From the NCBI GenBank assembly GCA_964016885.1, contig OZ024752.1, positions 45,570,001 to 45,634,000 of the forward strand: DNA of 64,000 bases, given 5' to 3'. Shown here in pieces: positions 28,134-43,451 of this stretch. The stretch is from Eledone cirrhosa. Lineage: Eukaryota. The first letter of the stretch is position 1. The number at the start of each line of letters is the position of its first letter. The position numbers and the translations under genes are program-made. The notes beneath the pieces are model-generated. The model was not told where the DNA came from and made no database searches. It saw only the letters and a list, made by a program, of their open reading frames with translations.

Positions 28134-29046
28134 ACAAAAATAGAGACACGATCGCAAAGGATAAATACAGAAAATAAAGGTAGCCCAAGTAAAAAAAACA
28201 AATATATACATATATATATATATAACGGGCTTCCGTATAGTTCCGGTTTACTAACAATTTCTCTATTGGCAAGCCTGGGTCTATAGTTTGGATAACAGGA
28301 ATCGAATGTTCCCTGGAATGGAAGTGAACTCGGAACTACGTGGTTGTGAAATGACCTTGAACACAATATTTACCACACAATAACCACTTCATCTAACCTC
28401 CGTTGTCAACAGATTTTAAACAAATCTCTATCACTTTATTACTTTGACACGTCTGCTTTTGTAATCTTTTGACAAAAATCAATAAAAATATTTATTTCTA
28501 CCTTTAGTTTATTTATTGATTTATTTGTCTGTTTTCAATTTCTTTGTTGTTGTTGTTATTTTTTTTTTTTTTGTTGTGGGGGTTTGTCAAGGAAGCTATG
28601 TCCGGCCAGCATCGGTAGAGCGTTGGCCAACATGATTTGCGGCATATTGTAACGACCCTTCTCTATCGAACTATTTCTCATCTTTACGCCATTGATTTCA
28701 TCCAAGGAAACAGCAAAAACCGATACATTTTAGCCCCCGTGTGGTCACAACTTCTTCTTCTTCCACAGCTGAACGGACTGGAGTTTTGTGAAATAATAAA
28801 GTATCTTGCTCAAGAATACAACTTTCCATTCAGTGTAGGAATTGAACTCGCATGAACTTACAGACATCAGCCCAGCACCTTAACAACTACACCATACTCC
28901 TTTGGCACCAGTGTGGTCGCTAGTTCTTCTTTCACAGCTAAATGGACTGGAGTTTTGTGAAATAATAAAGTATCTTGCTCAAGAACACAACTATCCACTC
29001 AGAATTGAACTCGCATGAACTTACGATCATCAGCCCAACGCCTTAA

Positions 29047-29254
29047 CCCTTTAGTATTTACATTACTATACTATTATATTTTCATGGTAAAGTCTTTATC
29101 TCACATAATATGGAATCAATGAGATTTTGATGATGTTATTTTATATTTTGAGAACAATACATTAATGTCAGTATGAATGGCCAGTTATTCCCGGTTTGAA
29201 CAGGAAGAGGTGAGAGAATTGTGGCCGGATATGACCGGTTTAAATGCTAAAGGG
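29047..29254. mobile_element. piggyBac-type MITE
   Basis: TTAA|CCCTTTAGTATTTA...TAAATGCTAAAGGG|TTAA. Confidence 0.8.
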
Positions 29255-29582
29255 TTAACTACACCCTACACCTTCACATCGACAACAAAGTAACGCAAGA
29301 CTTATTCACTTGAATGTCTGTTTATGTGATTGGTTGATAAATGGTTTGGGAGTATTTATGGTGATATGTATGTGTGTGGAGAGAGGGGGAATAGAGAGAG
29401 GTAAAAGAACTGTGACTGTAAAAGAGAGGGGAGAAGGAAGAGAGAGAGAGAGAGAGAGAGAGGGGAGGAGAGAAGAATGAAGGAAGAGAGAGAAACGGAG
29501 AGAAATAGAATGAATGAAAGAATGAAAGAAAGAAAGAAAGAAAGAAAGACACTAAAAGAATGTATGATATCTATATATATAC

Positions 29583-29645
<63 letters not shown>

Positions 29646-29811
29646 TGTTGAGAAATATTTAAAACTTCATTAAATTTAAAGTTCATATTTAATTTAATTG
29701 TTGAGGACAAAATACTCCCTGCTATGAATTATCGTATACATATTTAATGTAAAGTAGTACCAGTGAAGTACTGGGGGTCAATTCTTCTTTTATATCTCTT
29801 TCTCACACCCT

Positions 29812-29885
<74 letters not shown>

Positions 29886-30187
29886 ACACGTGCTGTCAGC
29901 ACACTACAGAAAAACAAGATGGTGTAGGATAGAACAAAGGAGAGACACAAAATGAAAACCCAGTCACTGAGGGGGTCACAGAATGTGTGACGAAAGAGCT
30001 TTGACAATACATAAACAATAAACAACCAACCGTAAATTTATAACAAATTGAAGTGAAAACCAATAGCAGCATGAATTCGAAGTTTGAAAGCCACGGCAAG
30101 GAGGGGGGGGGGGTTAGGGGGTTAGGACGGAGAATAATTAAATCGTAAGAAACAGGGGTTGATTGCTTTTACCTTAATTTATTCATG

Positions 30188-30225
30188 TCCTAATATTTCG
30201 AGATTAATATCTCTTCTTCCGAGGA
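30188..30225 (-). ncRNA. minimal hammerhead motif (U4 mutated)
   Basis: TCCT CGGAAGA A GAGA tattaa TCTC GAAAT ATT AGGA, then AATAAA. Confidence 0.55.
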
Positions 30226-30268
30226 AAATAAAGGAACTATTCCAGGGTCCGATGTAGCTTGCTATACC

Positions 30269-30310
<42 letters not shown>

Positions 30311-30313
<3 letters not shown>

Positions 30314-30607
30314 CGAATGAAAAGTGGTAAGGAACCAGGTGGACCATAACGCACCAAAGTACTCAATACTTAGGGTAGTAGAGTGGGTAATAGGAGTAAG
30401 TAAGACCCCGACGGCTGAGCTCAAGCCGTTTCGACGGCTAATTCTGTACTGAATTCAGTACGGCTAATTCAGTACAGAATTAGCCGTCGAAACGGCTTGA
30501 GCTCAGCCGTCGGGGTCTTACTTACTCCTATTACCCACTCTACTACCCTAAGTATTGAGTACTTTGGTGCGTTATGGTCCACCTGGTTCCTTACCACTTT
30601 TCATTCG

Positions 30608-30610
<3 letters not shown>
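30311..30610. mobile_element. near-perfect 300-bp palindrome of the 15.9-kb hammerhead family in (TA)n
   Basis: TAGCGAATGAAAAG...CTTTTCATTCGCTA, with centre ~30450-30470. Confidence 0.85.
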
Positions 30611-30643
<33 letters not shown>

Positions 30644-30897
30644 TAACTTGGAGTTACTGCAGGTTCACCCGGGTGAGCACTCGATGTTTAGGTTCACTTC
30701 AGTGTCGAGGTGTAGAGCTAGACAGAGTGTATTATAAGTTTTCCATTACCCTTGTAAGGGGTGTGACGAGCCGCGGATTACAGAGTCGGGATAGATCGAT
30801 ACGGATCGAACCTTGAGCTGGTCAATGCCGAAACGCGCGTCACCAACCAATAAACGCAATGAAGGAGTAACCAATCGTCCTTGTTATTTTATTTCAC

Positions 30898-30930
<33 letters not shown>

Positions 30931-30935
30931 GATAC

Positions 30936-31001
<66 letters not shown>

Positions 31002-31007
31002 GATACG

Positions 31008-31035
<28 letters not shown>

Positions 31036-31040
<5 letters not shown>

Positions 31041-31128
31041 TTCTGGCAATATTATTACAACAATATGACCCTCCCCAAGTATAACAATATTTGTTTCGAC
31101 ACACGATTTCATATCAAAAACCTCGCAA

Positions 31129-31184
<56 letters not shown>

Positions 31185-31456
31185 CACAGCGAAGATTCGA
31201 TCTTCTATTTCGGGTCAAACAGATATATAGATATAAAAATATATGAAAATATAAATATAGTTTTGCGAGGTTTTTTTTATATGAAATCGTGTGTCGAAAC
31301 AAATATTGTTATACTTGGGGAGGGTCATATTGTTGTAATAATATTGCCAGAATTAATAACAGAACACACTCACTGTTTGGTTGGTTTTCGCTTTTGTGTC
31401 TTTTATATCGATTAATTTAATTTATTCGGTCCTCAATGTTACCATTGACTGACCAA
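31036..31456 (+). mobile_element. fold-back element in (TA)n
   Basis: 31036-31133 is inverted to 31258-31356. Related pieces at 17625-17660 and 47730-47830. Confidence 0.7.
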
Positions 31457-31840
31457 TATATATATATATATGTGTGTATATACATAGGCAGTAGTTCCAC
31501 GGCTCCCTGATAGAGCCAGCTAGCAGTTAGGGTAGGAATATGTATAATATATCGAGTGTCTTTGCAAAGGAGTAAAGCCTGTCAGCGGACATCTTATCAA
31601 CTAAGCCAGATGTGACTCCCTGCTTATCAGTGATTGATATGTGGGTGTGTGGGGGGGGGGGGGGGCGTGTGTGTGTTTAAGATTCAGATATTTTAATGTA
31701 ATGGTGATTGAAATGAAAGATAAAGAGACAGATATAGGTATAAATAGATCAGTAGATTGATCGATTAATAGATAGGCCGATAGATCAATGGATAGACAGA
31801 CAGACAAATATATATATATAACGCGCAGCTCCATTATTAT

Positions 31841-31888
<48 letters not shown>

Positions 31889-31923
31889 AAGATATATATA
31901 GAGAGAGAGAGAGATAGAGAGAT

Positions 31924-31960
<37 letters not shown>

Positions 31961-32163
31961 GAGGGGGGCGAAGAGAGAGAGAGAAAGGAAGAGAGATCTA
32001 CCTACAGAGGGAATTTCATGAAAGTCCAGTAATGTTAAAACTTCACAGGTATGCAAATATTTATTTAAATAAGAGGGATTAAATTGTCGTTTACCAAAGT
32101 TTGGCACATTAAAATTCCATGCCAGTTGTTTAGATACAGAAATGGTTTCATTTGGGGCTTCAT

Positions 32164-32258
<95 letters not shown>

Positions 32259-32523
32259 TGTGCGTGTGTGTGTGTGTGTGTGTGTGAGTGTGCGTGTGTG
32301 TGAGTGTGTGTGTGTGAGTGTGTGTGTGTGTGTGAGAGAGTGTGTGTGTTGTTGTTGTTGTATTGTTTTAGTTTTATATTTTGTTTTTAACAAAAATAAG
32401 GAAAAATAACAATAAAAACTACTACTACTACTACTACTACTACTCACACAAGTGACACAAACACAAACACAGAGCTACGACGAGTCTTAGAACGCTGGAC
32501 TTCTATAGTTTCACACCAAGATC

Positions 32524-32728
32524 CTTCCTCAGTCAACGTAATCACCTCTTTCTTCCTCAGTCGACGTAATCACCCCTTCCTTCCCCAGTCAACGTAATCA
32601 CCCCTTCCTTCCTCAGTCGACGTAATCACCTCTTTCTTCGTCAGTCGACGTAATCACCCCTTCCTTCCTCAGTCGACGTAATCACCCCTTCCTTCCTCAG
32701 TCGACGTAAGCACCCCTTCTTTCCCCAG
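32524..32728. repeat. 28-bp minisatellite, about 7 copies
   Basis: CCTCAGTCGACGTAATCACCCCTTCCTT. Confidence 0.9.
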
Positions 32729-32773
32729 TAATCTCTACTGCATTACAGACAAATACACAAGGCTTTTCATTAG

Positions 32774-32804
<31 letters not shown>

Positions 32805-33434
32805 CTCATCAGCCACATCCTGGCAATGCAGTTTCGTGCACAAGGTGGGATTACGTATCATATACATATATCTAAAAAAAAGTCTAAAGTCTGTCTTAAG
32901 CCAGAAGGCTCATTTGGCTGGTGCTTATCATGGCGTGAAGCGACTGAGAGCACAACACTCTCCCCTGGACAGGACACCAGTCCATCGTAGGGTTAAACCT
33001 CCAGCTATTGCTGGTACTCATTTTCAGCTGAGTATACGGGAGCAACGTGAAATGAAGTGCTTTGTTCAAGAAGACAACACGCAACCCAGGAATCGAACCC
33101 ACGACATTATGATCGTAAGTCCAACATACTTACCACTAGGCCACGTGCCTCCACTATATACATATATATATATATACATACATCCATAGAGTTCTATGTA
33201 AGACCTAGCATCAGTCAGTCTCTTAGTGTGACTCTCTGTAAGTCAGGTTTGATATAGAGCAGTGTTAATTATGCGACTAGGTGACTGTTTGTTCATCCAA
33301 AGTCACTAAAACAGGTAAGTCTTCAATGGAGATATAATCATGTGTCATGAATGCCTGCAGAGTCTGCTGTGACACTCTAATTAACTTTCTTATCTTCTCG
33401 TTGTTACTGTTGCTGTTGTTGGTGATGCTGGTGC

Positions 33435-33465
<31 letters not shown>

Positions 33466-33541
33466 AGAGACACAAACAGCCATTGAATAGAATCTCTGTT
33501 GCAGCTGACTGCCGGCGGCGCATTATATATATATGTGTGTT

Positions 33542-33602
<61 letters not shown>

Positions 33603-33624
33603 CATGTATGTATATATATACATG

Positions 33625-33689
<65 letters not shown>

Positions 33690-33804
33690 ATGTATGTATG
33701 TATGTATGTAAGTATGTGTGTATGTATGTGTATATACACACATGCATATATGTATATATATGTGTATATATACATATATATACATACATATATATATACA
33801 TATC

Positions 33805-33925
<121 letters not shown>

Positions 33926-34087
33926 AGGAGGTGAGTTTTATTGTAGCACAATAAATCAATGCATATATCGGATAAGTACCACTCAACAGTTTATAGGACA
34001 GGAGTATAAATAATATAAAATAAAAAAAATGTTGATTTAACACTTCACTATTCACAAGTGTTTTTTAAACTTCATATCATGTCTCCC

Positions 34088-34158
34088 TATTTCCTCTGAT
34101 GAGAACGCAAATATCATCCCATGATGATATTTGTTTTTGAAATGCGCATAATAAAATA
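34088..34158 (+). ncRNA. hammerhead motif
   Basis: CTGATGA gaac GCAAATATCAT..ATGATATTTGT tttt GAAAT GCGC ATA. Palindromic ATGCGCAT stem III; stem I imperfect. Confidence 0.6.
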
Positions 34159-35151
34159 CATGGAACTCTTTTAACCATCTTTTGATTTTATATTATATAT
34201 ATATATATAGATAGATAGATAGATAGATATATATATAGTATGTTCGCTTTTTACGCGAAGTTATAGCGCGTTATTCGCGCAAAGTGAATATTGAATAATA
34301 TTTTTTCAAGAAGCGTTAAAGCGAATTCGCGTACTTCAAATATATATGCATATACATATATATATATACATATATATACATATATATATACATATATACA
34401 TACATATATACATATATATACATATATATACATATATACATACATATATACATATATATATACATATATATACATATATACATACATATATACATATATA
34501 TATACATATATATACATATATACATACATATATACATATATATACATATATATACATATATACATACATATATACATACATATATATACATATATATACA
34601 TATATACATACATATATACATATATACATATATATACATATATACATACATATACATATATACAAACATATATACACACACACACATAGATATAGATATA
34701 TATACACATACATATACATACATAAAAATATATACATATGATATTAATGTAACAAAAACAAAGACTGTATTTGTTTTGATTTGAGGTAAGCTATTAAAAA
34801 GAGCAATAGTTAAGTTGTGTGACGGGACGGGACGGAACTCCACTCAGCCACCTATTATTGCTACTTCGCCGCCATTTCTGTCTACAGCGTGGGAACTACG
34901 TGAGTTATACTGTGTAGTTAGCAACGTAGGAGTAAATAGTCTCACCTGATGCTATTGACTTCCTACTCACCAATCTATTAATTGTTTCTACTTTTGGCAC
35001 AAGGCCAGCAAGTATCCCAGTGTATTACTGGTACTTTATTTTATCAACCCAGTAAGGATGAAAGTCAAAGTCAATCTCGGTTGGATTTGAACTCACAACG
35101 CAGAGCCGTACCTCTATGCTGCTAAACATATTGTCCCCCATTCTTATCAGA

Positions 35152-35405
35152 AATAATTGTTTCTACTTTTGGCACAAGGCCAGCAATTACCCCCAGTGTA
35201 TTACTGGTACTTTATTTTATCGATGCCATAATAATTATTTCTACTTTTGGCACAAGGCCAGCAATTACCCCCAGTGTATTACTGGTACTTTATTTTATCG
35301 ATGCCATAATAATTATTTCTACTTTTGGCACAAGGCCAGCAATTACCCCAGTGTATTACTGGTACTTTATTTTATCGATGCCATAATAATTATTTCTACT
35401 TTTGG
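35152..35405. repeat. 78-bp tandem repeat inside SINE A
   Basis: AATAATTATTTCTACTTTTGGCACAAGG... about 3.3 times. Confidence 0.9.
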
Positions 35406-35590
35406 TACACCGTAAGGATGAAAGGCAAAGTTAACCTTGGCGGGATTTTAACTCAGATCATAAAGGGCCGTAACTCTATGCCGCTAAGCATATGGTCCGA
35501 CGCTCTACCGATACTGCCAATCCACCGCCCTTCCTTGATTGTGTGACAGCTCCCACCTCTGCAGGTTTAGCTGGTCTCCTCCAAGGTAAA

Positions 35591-35836
35591 TCTCGTTGGA
35601 GGTGTCTTGGGTGATTTAATGATAGGGACCCCAGTCCTATCTCGTTGGAGGTGTCTTGGGTGATTTAATGATAGGGACCCCAGTCCTATCTCGTTGGAGG
35701 TGTCTTGGGTGATTTAATGGTAGGGACCCCAGTCCTATCTCGTTGGAGGTGTCTTGGGTGATTTAATGATAGGGACCCCAGTCCTATCTCGTTGGAGGTG
35801 TCTTGGGTGATTTAATGATAGGGACCCCAGTCCTAT
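35591..35836. repeat. 49-bp minisatellite, 5 copies, derived from a dispersed repeat
   Basis: TCTCGTTGGAGGTGTCTTGGGTGATTTAATGATAGGGACCCCAGTCCTA. Reverse-complement homologues at 42850-43050 and 63930-64000. Confidence 0.9.
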
Positions 35837-36330
35837 CATCTCGTTTCTACAGCTGAGTAAACTGGAAGTTTCTAGTATAGGCACAAGGCCAGTAATTTGG
35901 AGGGAGGGGAAAGTTGATTAAATCGGCTCCAGTGTATTACTGGTACTTTATTTGGGGGAAGAGGGAAAGTTGATTAAATCGACCCCAGTGTGTTACTGGT
36001 ACTTTATTTGGGGGAAGAGGGAAAGTTGATTAAATCGACCCCAGTGTGTTACTGGTACTTTATTTTGGTGGAGGGAGTCGATTAAATCGACCCCAGTATG
36101 TTACTGGTACTTTATTTCTCTGTCCCTCCCCTTCAGCACCTGAATCTAGCTCCCCTGGGGAGGGGTGGGGGGGGGGGGGTGCCGACACCCCAGGTTAAGA
36201 ACCACTGAACTAGAACATCAATAAATATGACGTCATTAGTTTCTTTTCATGTGTCAACCATTGTCAATGATTGTTTGTACATGGTAGGGGCCTTATTCTG
36301 ATATCTGTTGGTGGCCCATATCTGATTCAA

Positions 36331-36500
36331 TGTGACAGTGTGACACAGTATGTGACACAGTACGACACAGTGTGACACGATATGACACGGTGTGACAGTG
36401 TGACACAATATGACATGGTGTGACACGGTGTGACACGGTGTGACACGGTGTAACACAGTATGACATAATATGTGCCAAGCTGACACAATGTGACACAGAG
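36331..36500. repeat. 10-bp TGTGACACGG-type tandem repeat
   Basis: Directly visible. Confidence 0.85.
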
Positions 36501-37369
36501 TTATACCTGTATGCATTATAACTGAAAGGGGGGCAGCCTTTTTGCACACTGTGTCACGCTGAATCTCCCTGAGAATTCTATTAAAGTTACACATATATCT
36601 GTAGAATGCCCAGCCAGCCATTTACATGCTAATTTCATGAGCAGGCTGTTCCACTCGTCAAACAAATGGAATATTCGTTGTCGGAACTAACAGATGTGAA
36701 ACGCACACATCTATGTATGTGTGTTTACGTATACATTTCCATACGTATGTCTAAACAGATATATGCACACTCACGCCTGTTTCCTATGTATTTTCTCCAA
36801 TATCTTAAACATATACACCAATCTTTACTCTTCTAATATATTCTTACTTCAGCTATATGTCGATATTATGCTAAATTGAAGCAAATGGCAAAGAAATGCC
36901 ACGAGTTAAGGTCGCAAAAGGTAAACTTTAAATATTGCTTTTCAAACACTATTCTTAGTAAAATTATTGAATTTCATGTAACAGCCTGCAAAAGATGGGG
37001 GAGTGGGAAGGAGGTGGACTTTGGCAATATGCAAATTACTACTGTATACGTAGATATTTACAAAGCGGCTGGGTTAGGAAGCATTGGGAGAGTTTAAAAT
37101 GTGAAATGTGTGCATCCCACACGCAAATGACCACCATGATAGCCGATTACTATAAATAATTGTTTCTACTTTTGGCACAAGGCGAGTATAAATACACAGG
37201 TGTTAACCCTTAGTAGGGTTACATGTAGGCCAGTTGGCCCAGACTTACGATTTTAAAGGGGTTTACGCCCTTCCTGCTTTAGTTCTTTTATTCTGTTTTG
37301 TTAATCTTTTAATACATCATATATTTAACACTGACTGCTAAAATACATAATGACCATTTTGAAATAGGG

Positions 37370-38100
37370 TCTACATTTCACATGTGGCCTGGGTCTATTG
37401 CTTTCTTTGAGAGCCTACATTTCACATGTGGCCTGGGTCTATTGCTTACTGTCAGAGCCTACATTTCACATGTAGCCTGGGTCTATTGGTTTCTTTGAGA
37501 GCCTACATTTCACATGTGGCCTGGGTCTATTACTTACTGTCAGAGCCTACATTTCACATGTAGCCTGGGTCTATTGCTTTCTTTGAGAGCCTTCATTTCA
37601 CATGTGGCCTGGGTCTATTACTTACTGTCAGAGCCTACATTTCACATGTAGCCTGGGTCTATTGCTTTCTTTGAGAGCCTACATTTCACATGTGGCATGG
37701 GTCTATTACTTACTGTCAGAGCCTACATTTCACATGTAGCCTGGGTCTATTGCTTTCTTTGAGAGCCTTCATTTCACATGTGGCCTGGGTCTATTACTTA
37801 CTGTCAGAGCCTACATTTCACATGTAGCCTGGGTCTATTGCTTTCTTTGAGAGCCTTCATTTCACATGTGGCCTGGGTCTATTACTTACTGTCAGAGCCT
37901 ACATTTCACATGTAGCCTGGGTCTATTGCTTTCTTTGAGAGCCTACATTTCACATGTGGCATGGGTCTATTACTTACTGTCAGAGCCTACATTTCACATG
38001 TAGCCTGGGTCTATTGCTTTCTTTGAGAGCCTACATTTCACATGTGGCCTGATCTATTGCTTTCTTTGAGAGCCTATATTTCACATGTGGCATGGGTCTG
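37370..38100. repeat. 44-bp minisatellite with 88-bp higher-order alternation
   Basis: Units alternate ...ATTGCTTTCTTTGA and ...ATTACTTACTGTCA. Confidence 0.92.
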
Positions 38101-38214
38101 TTACCAACATTTCACAGGGTTTGATGTCTCCCCTTCTGTTCTGATTAGATATTTAAACATCTTCCACAAATACCTCCACAACTAACAACTACCATTACTT
38201 ACAAATCTACTACC

Positions 38215-38308
<94 letters not shown>

Positions 38309-38476
38309 GTACTACCACTACCAACCCCACCACTACCAGAGGAAGAGAGAGAAGAGAAAGAATGGAAGAAGAGAAGGAAGACATTTGGTGACTCAACAGT
38401 GTTTCTTGGTGTTTCTCATAGGAAAGTGGGACATATCTTTTGTTATCATATATATATACACATGTATATATATGTA

Positions 38477-38539
<63 letters not shown>

Positions 38540-38634
38540 ATATATATGTATATATATATACATACATACATAAGGACACAGAGAGGGTGAGAGAGAGAGA
38601 GAGAGACATACTTCTGCATGTATGTTTATATATG

Positions 38635-38699
<65 letters not shown>

Positions 38700-39028
38700 A
38701 CGGCGTATAGTTATTCTGTTAAAGCATTGAACAGTGAACATTACATCAAACATGATATATATATATATATACATACATATACATATATATATATACATAT
38801 ATATATATATGTAGAAAAGACATTTAATTTGTTGGAAATCCAACAAATATAAATGTTTGTAACTGATTCAAAGCACCCGACTGTTTTCTAGAGTAAGTAT
38901 TCAATGATATTAAATATATATATATATATATGTATATGTATATATATATATAGATATATATAGATATTTATATATATATGTATGTATATATATATAACTA
39001 TATATATATGTATATAATACTAAGCCTC

Positions 39029-39081
<53 letters not shown>

Positions 39082-39127
39082 ATGCATATATGTGTATGTA
39101 TATATCTATCTATATAATATATATATG

Positions 39128-39168
<41 letters not shown>

Positions 39169-39201
39169 ATATATATAAATATATACATATACATATATAT
39201 A

Positions 39202-39288
<87 letters not shown>

Positions 39289-39302
39289 GTGTATATATAT
39301 AA

Positions 39303-39334
<32 letters not shown>

Positions 39335-39392
39335 GTGTGTATATATATAAATATATACATATATATATATATATATATGTGTATATATATAA

Positions 39393-39553
<161 letters not shown>

Positions 39554-40060
39554 TCTGTATGTTGGTAGCAGCTGCATCAGTAGGCCTCACCTACATGTCA
39601 CTCACCTCTGTAGGACAACATCCATCATATTATACTCCTGTTGTAGATGTCTGCTGCATGTCTTCCATTACATACAAGGCCAGTGGAAGCATTTCTGAAC
39701 TGAGCGCGCTCCGGGGTGGGGGGTCAAATTCGGACGATTTAGTTGAAGTGATTAGTTTAGCTCTTTGTACTCTAAAATGTCCAGAAAACTTCGATATGGG
39801 ATAAACATAATATGTACATAAATTGTAGCACATATCCTGATAGATGTGTTTTGGTAGTGTGGGGAGGAAATATAATTATTGGAAGAGGGCCTCCCCAGTT
39901 TCACCGTCACTGTATACATACATACATACACATACATATATATATATATATAATTCAAAAAAATGATGCTCTGTGCCCTTTCCTAAGGGGTTAATATATC
40001 GAGCATCTTTGCATTTTGGTAAGTAACTGGTATCATACCCAATTTATTCATCTCCTATGT

Positions 40061-40114
<54 letters not shown>

Positions 40115-40291
40115 GGAAAAGAGTCAGGACCCGAACGGCTGAGCTTCGACTCAGTTCGGATCTAGCTGTCGAACCGTCCGGAGCTCAGCCGTCGGGGTCC
40201 TGACTCTTTTCCCATTACCCACTCTACTACCCTAAGTATCGAGTACTCTGGTGCGTTATGGTCCACCTGGTATCTTGCCACACTTTCTTTG

Positions 40292-40293
<2 letters not shown>
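40115..40293 (+). mobile_element. fold-back copy of the 15.9-kb hammerhead family
   Basis: GGAAAAGAGTCAGGACCC... inverted to ...GGGGTCCTGACTCTTTTT. Tail ends CTTTGTTA(TA)n. Confidence 0.75.
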
Positions 40294-40362
<69 letters not shown>

Positions 40363-40558
40363 GTGAGGTTTTTTTTTACAAAATGAAAAATAACCGAGGT
40401 GTCCTACACGAGTGAAAGTATAAAGAAAAAAAGATGAAATCGAAAATGCAACTGGAGTGTTATTTAAAAAATATATATATTTATTTGGTTCCTTTACCGG
40501 TTTCGCAGTTCTTCTGCTTTTCAAAAGTAGAGTTGAGATGGAGGGTCTGTAGTTTTTC

Positions 40559-40639
<81 letters not shown>

Positions 40640-40710
40640 TTAGTTTATTGTGGCCATTGGTGAGTTTCGTTACTCTAAACTTTGACCACCGCACTCACAG
40701 GGTCACCAGT

Positions 40711-40759
40711 CTTGTCTGATGATCCTGTGAGTACGCAGGTGAGACTCCAGAATAACAAG
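40711..40759 (+). ncRNA. hammerhead motif (GAAA mutated to GAGA) with short upstream inversion
   Basis: CTTGT CTGATGA t CCTGTG agta CGCAGG t GAGAC TCCAG AATA ACAAG. 40693-40709 is inverted to 40716-40732. Confidence 0.55.
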
Positions 40760-43403
40760 GCTTAGACATAATAAATTAATATTTAAACTCTACTTCGGTA
40801 TTGAGTTTTCATTCTTACGTCCGTCAATAATTCACGTACTCTCAGGTCTTTAATAATCCCCCCCCCCCCCGGCTTATTAATTTGTCAGATTCCCCCACCT
40901 CTCCCTAGTTTTTATTTAAGTTAGTGTCAAATGTTTAATGAAATCCTGGCGAAACTAATAGTTGTAAATCCCACCCTGCGTATATTTCTATTATACATCT
41001 GCAGCCAGGAAGTGAAAAATATTATTTTATTTATAATAAGGATATAAAATGCAATGGCTTCCAAGCAACAAATATAAGAAATAGCCAGGATCTATTTTTT
41101 CTATCACTTCCAATCACAACCATTCCAGCTGTTGTAGATATACCGAAACAATCCCATTGTCATAAAAGTAAGGATCGTATCTATTGACCTAGAGGTGGAT
41201 TGGCAGTATCGGTAGAGGGTCGGAGGCCATGCTTTGTCAGCATAAAGTTACGGCCCTTTATGATCTGAGTTCAAATCCCACCGAGGTTAGCTTTGCCTTT
41301 CATCGTTACGGCGGAATCGATAAAATAAAGTACCAGTCACTCACTGGAATCGATTTAATCGACTTTCCCTTGCCCCAAAATTGCTGGCCTTGTGCCTATA
41401 TAAGAAATCATTAATGACCCCACTGTCAAGAAATCTTTGTTCCCTATGTCCACCTAGATGTAAACAGTTAACAGTGGTGCCTGAATAGCTTCAGAAGTAG
41501 GCTTCGCGATTATTAGGTTCCAGCTACGATCACACGGCGTGACATCTTAATCGAGTATCTTTTACTGAGGCTATGGGTCAAACTAAGCCTGAGACTAAAA
41601 TTAGGTAGACAGAACCAGTGTAGAAGCCTGTCTAAGTCTACAGTCTGTCGAGAGGCCTCAGACTCATTAGACCCGTGCTTATCCAAATTTCCGTGGCGTG
41701 AAGCGACTGAGAGTACAAGATTCCCCCCTGGACAGGACGCCAGTCTATCATAGGGCTAAAACTCTGCCCCAGCTATTGTTGCTGATTAAATCAACCCCAG
41801 TTCATTACAGGTACTTTATTTTATCGACTTCGCCGTAAGGATGAAAGGCAAAGCTAACCTCGGCCGGATTTGAACTGAGAATGTAAAGGGCTATAACTCT
41901 ATGCTTGCAAAGCATGGCGTCTGACGCTCAACCGATTTTGCCAATCCACCGCCTTATTTAATAACTGTTCTACTATAAGCACAAGGCCAACAATTTTGGG
42001 GCAGGGGAAAGTCGATAAAATCGACCTCAGTATGTTACTGGTACTTTATTTGATCGACTCCGCCGTAAAGATGAAAGGCAAAGCTAACCTCGGTGGGATT
42101 TGAACTCAGAATGTAAAGGACCGTAACTCTATGCTGCTAAGCATGACCAGCAGTGGGTTTTTTTGTGGGGTGTGGAAGGGAAGGGGAAAATCAATTATTA
42201 CGTAAAGGGCTGTAACTCTAAGCTGAAAAGCATGGCGTCCGACCCCACCACCGATACTGCCAATCCACAGACCTACTTAATAATAATTCATGCTGTTGCT
42301 AGCCCTCTGTACGTACAAACTGACGCCATGTCCAGCCTATCTGTCGGCCTGTGCTGTTATTGGCAGCTGTGGAAATGTCGACCGATTTATGGTTTAACTA
42401 AAGTAGACATCTGTGACTTTATACTTTAATGTATTGTTTCTTAACACAGTTTGTTTCTTATTTATCCAAACACATTTACATATATGCACAAATGGTTTTT
42501 TTTTAATTCTATTTTTTGTGTTGTTTTGTTTTCTTATTGTTTTAGTCCTTTAAAATGTTTCAATTGTCAATAAACTATGAATATTTTAATGAAATATGAA
42601 CCTACTTTTAATATATTCAAGAAATTCGCAAATAATTTCGCTGTTTAAATTTAAATATAGAAAATTCTATCATTGTATTCGGCTGTTTAAAAAAGAAATT
42701 ATTGTGTCATTTTCACAGAATAAGTCGTTATTTTTTTTATACAACCAATTTTTTATTTAATAGATTTCGTTTAAAATTCAACACCATACCCATTGTATTT
42801 TCATCTAAAGAAAGTGAGTGGTCGAGTGGTTAGGGTGTAACAACATGACAGGACTGGGGTCCCTCTCATTAAAACACCCAAGAAACCTCCTATGAGATAT
42901 AACCTTATAAGAGGCCAGCTAAACCTACATAGGTGTGAGCTGTAACAACAGCATGATAGGACTAGGTCCCTCTCATTAAAACACCCAAGAAACCTCCTAT
43001 GAGATATAACCTTATAGGAGGCCAGCTAAACCTACATAGGTGTGAGCTGTAACAACCCCAACTCCAACATGGTCGCTGTCTAATGACTGATAAAGGAAGT
43101 TTTTTACTGCATTTTGTTTCAATCATTTTTTTTTCTTGTATTTTATTGGACTGTATTCCCATTAAGTAAGAATAAAACTTAAAATCAATAAAAGATCTGG
43201 GTTGTCGGTAGACCTAGAGATTAGGAGCTTCTTATTGATCTTAATTATATCTTAGAACTAAAACACGCTCATACGCGCCTACACACACATATATACATAC
43301 ACATGTATATATACATACATGTGTATGTATATATATACATGTGTATGCGTGTAAACATACCATAGATGGCTTCGTATGCACCTCTATTGCACACACATAT
43401 GTA

Positions 43404-43451
<48 letters not shown>

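Noticed and set aside
39965-40007. Further hammerhead-like remnants (also ~3946-3992, ~7800-7850, ~19828-19865, ~31185-31235)
   Set aside because: Stems are suggestive but the core is too degraded to call.
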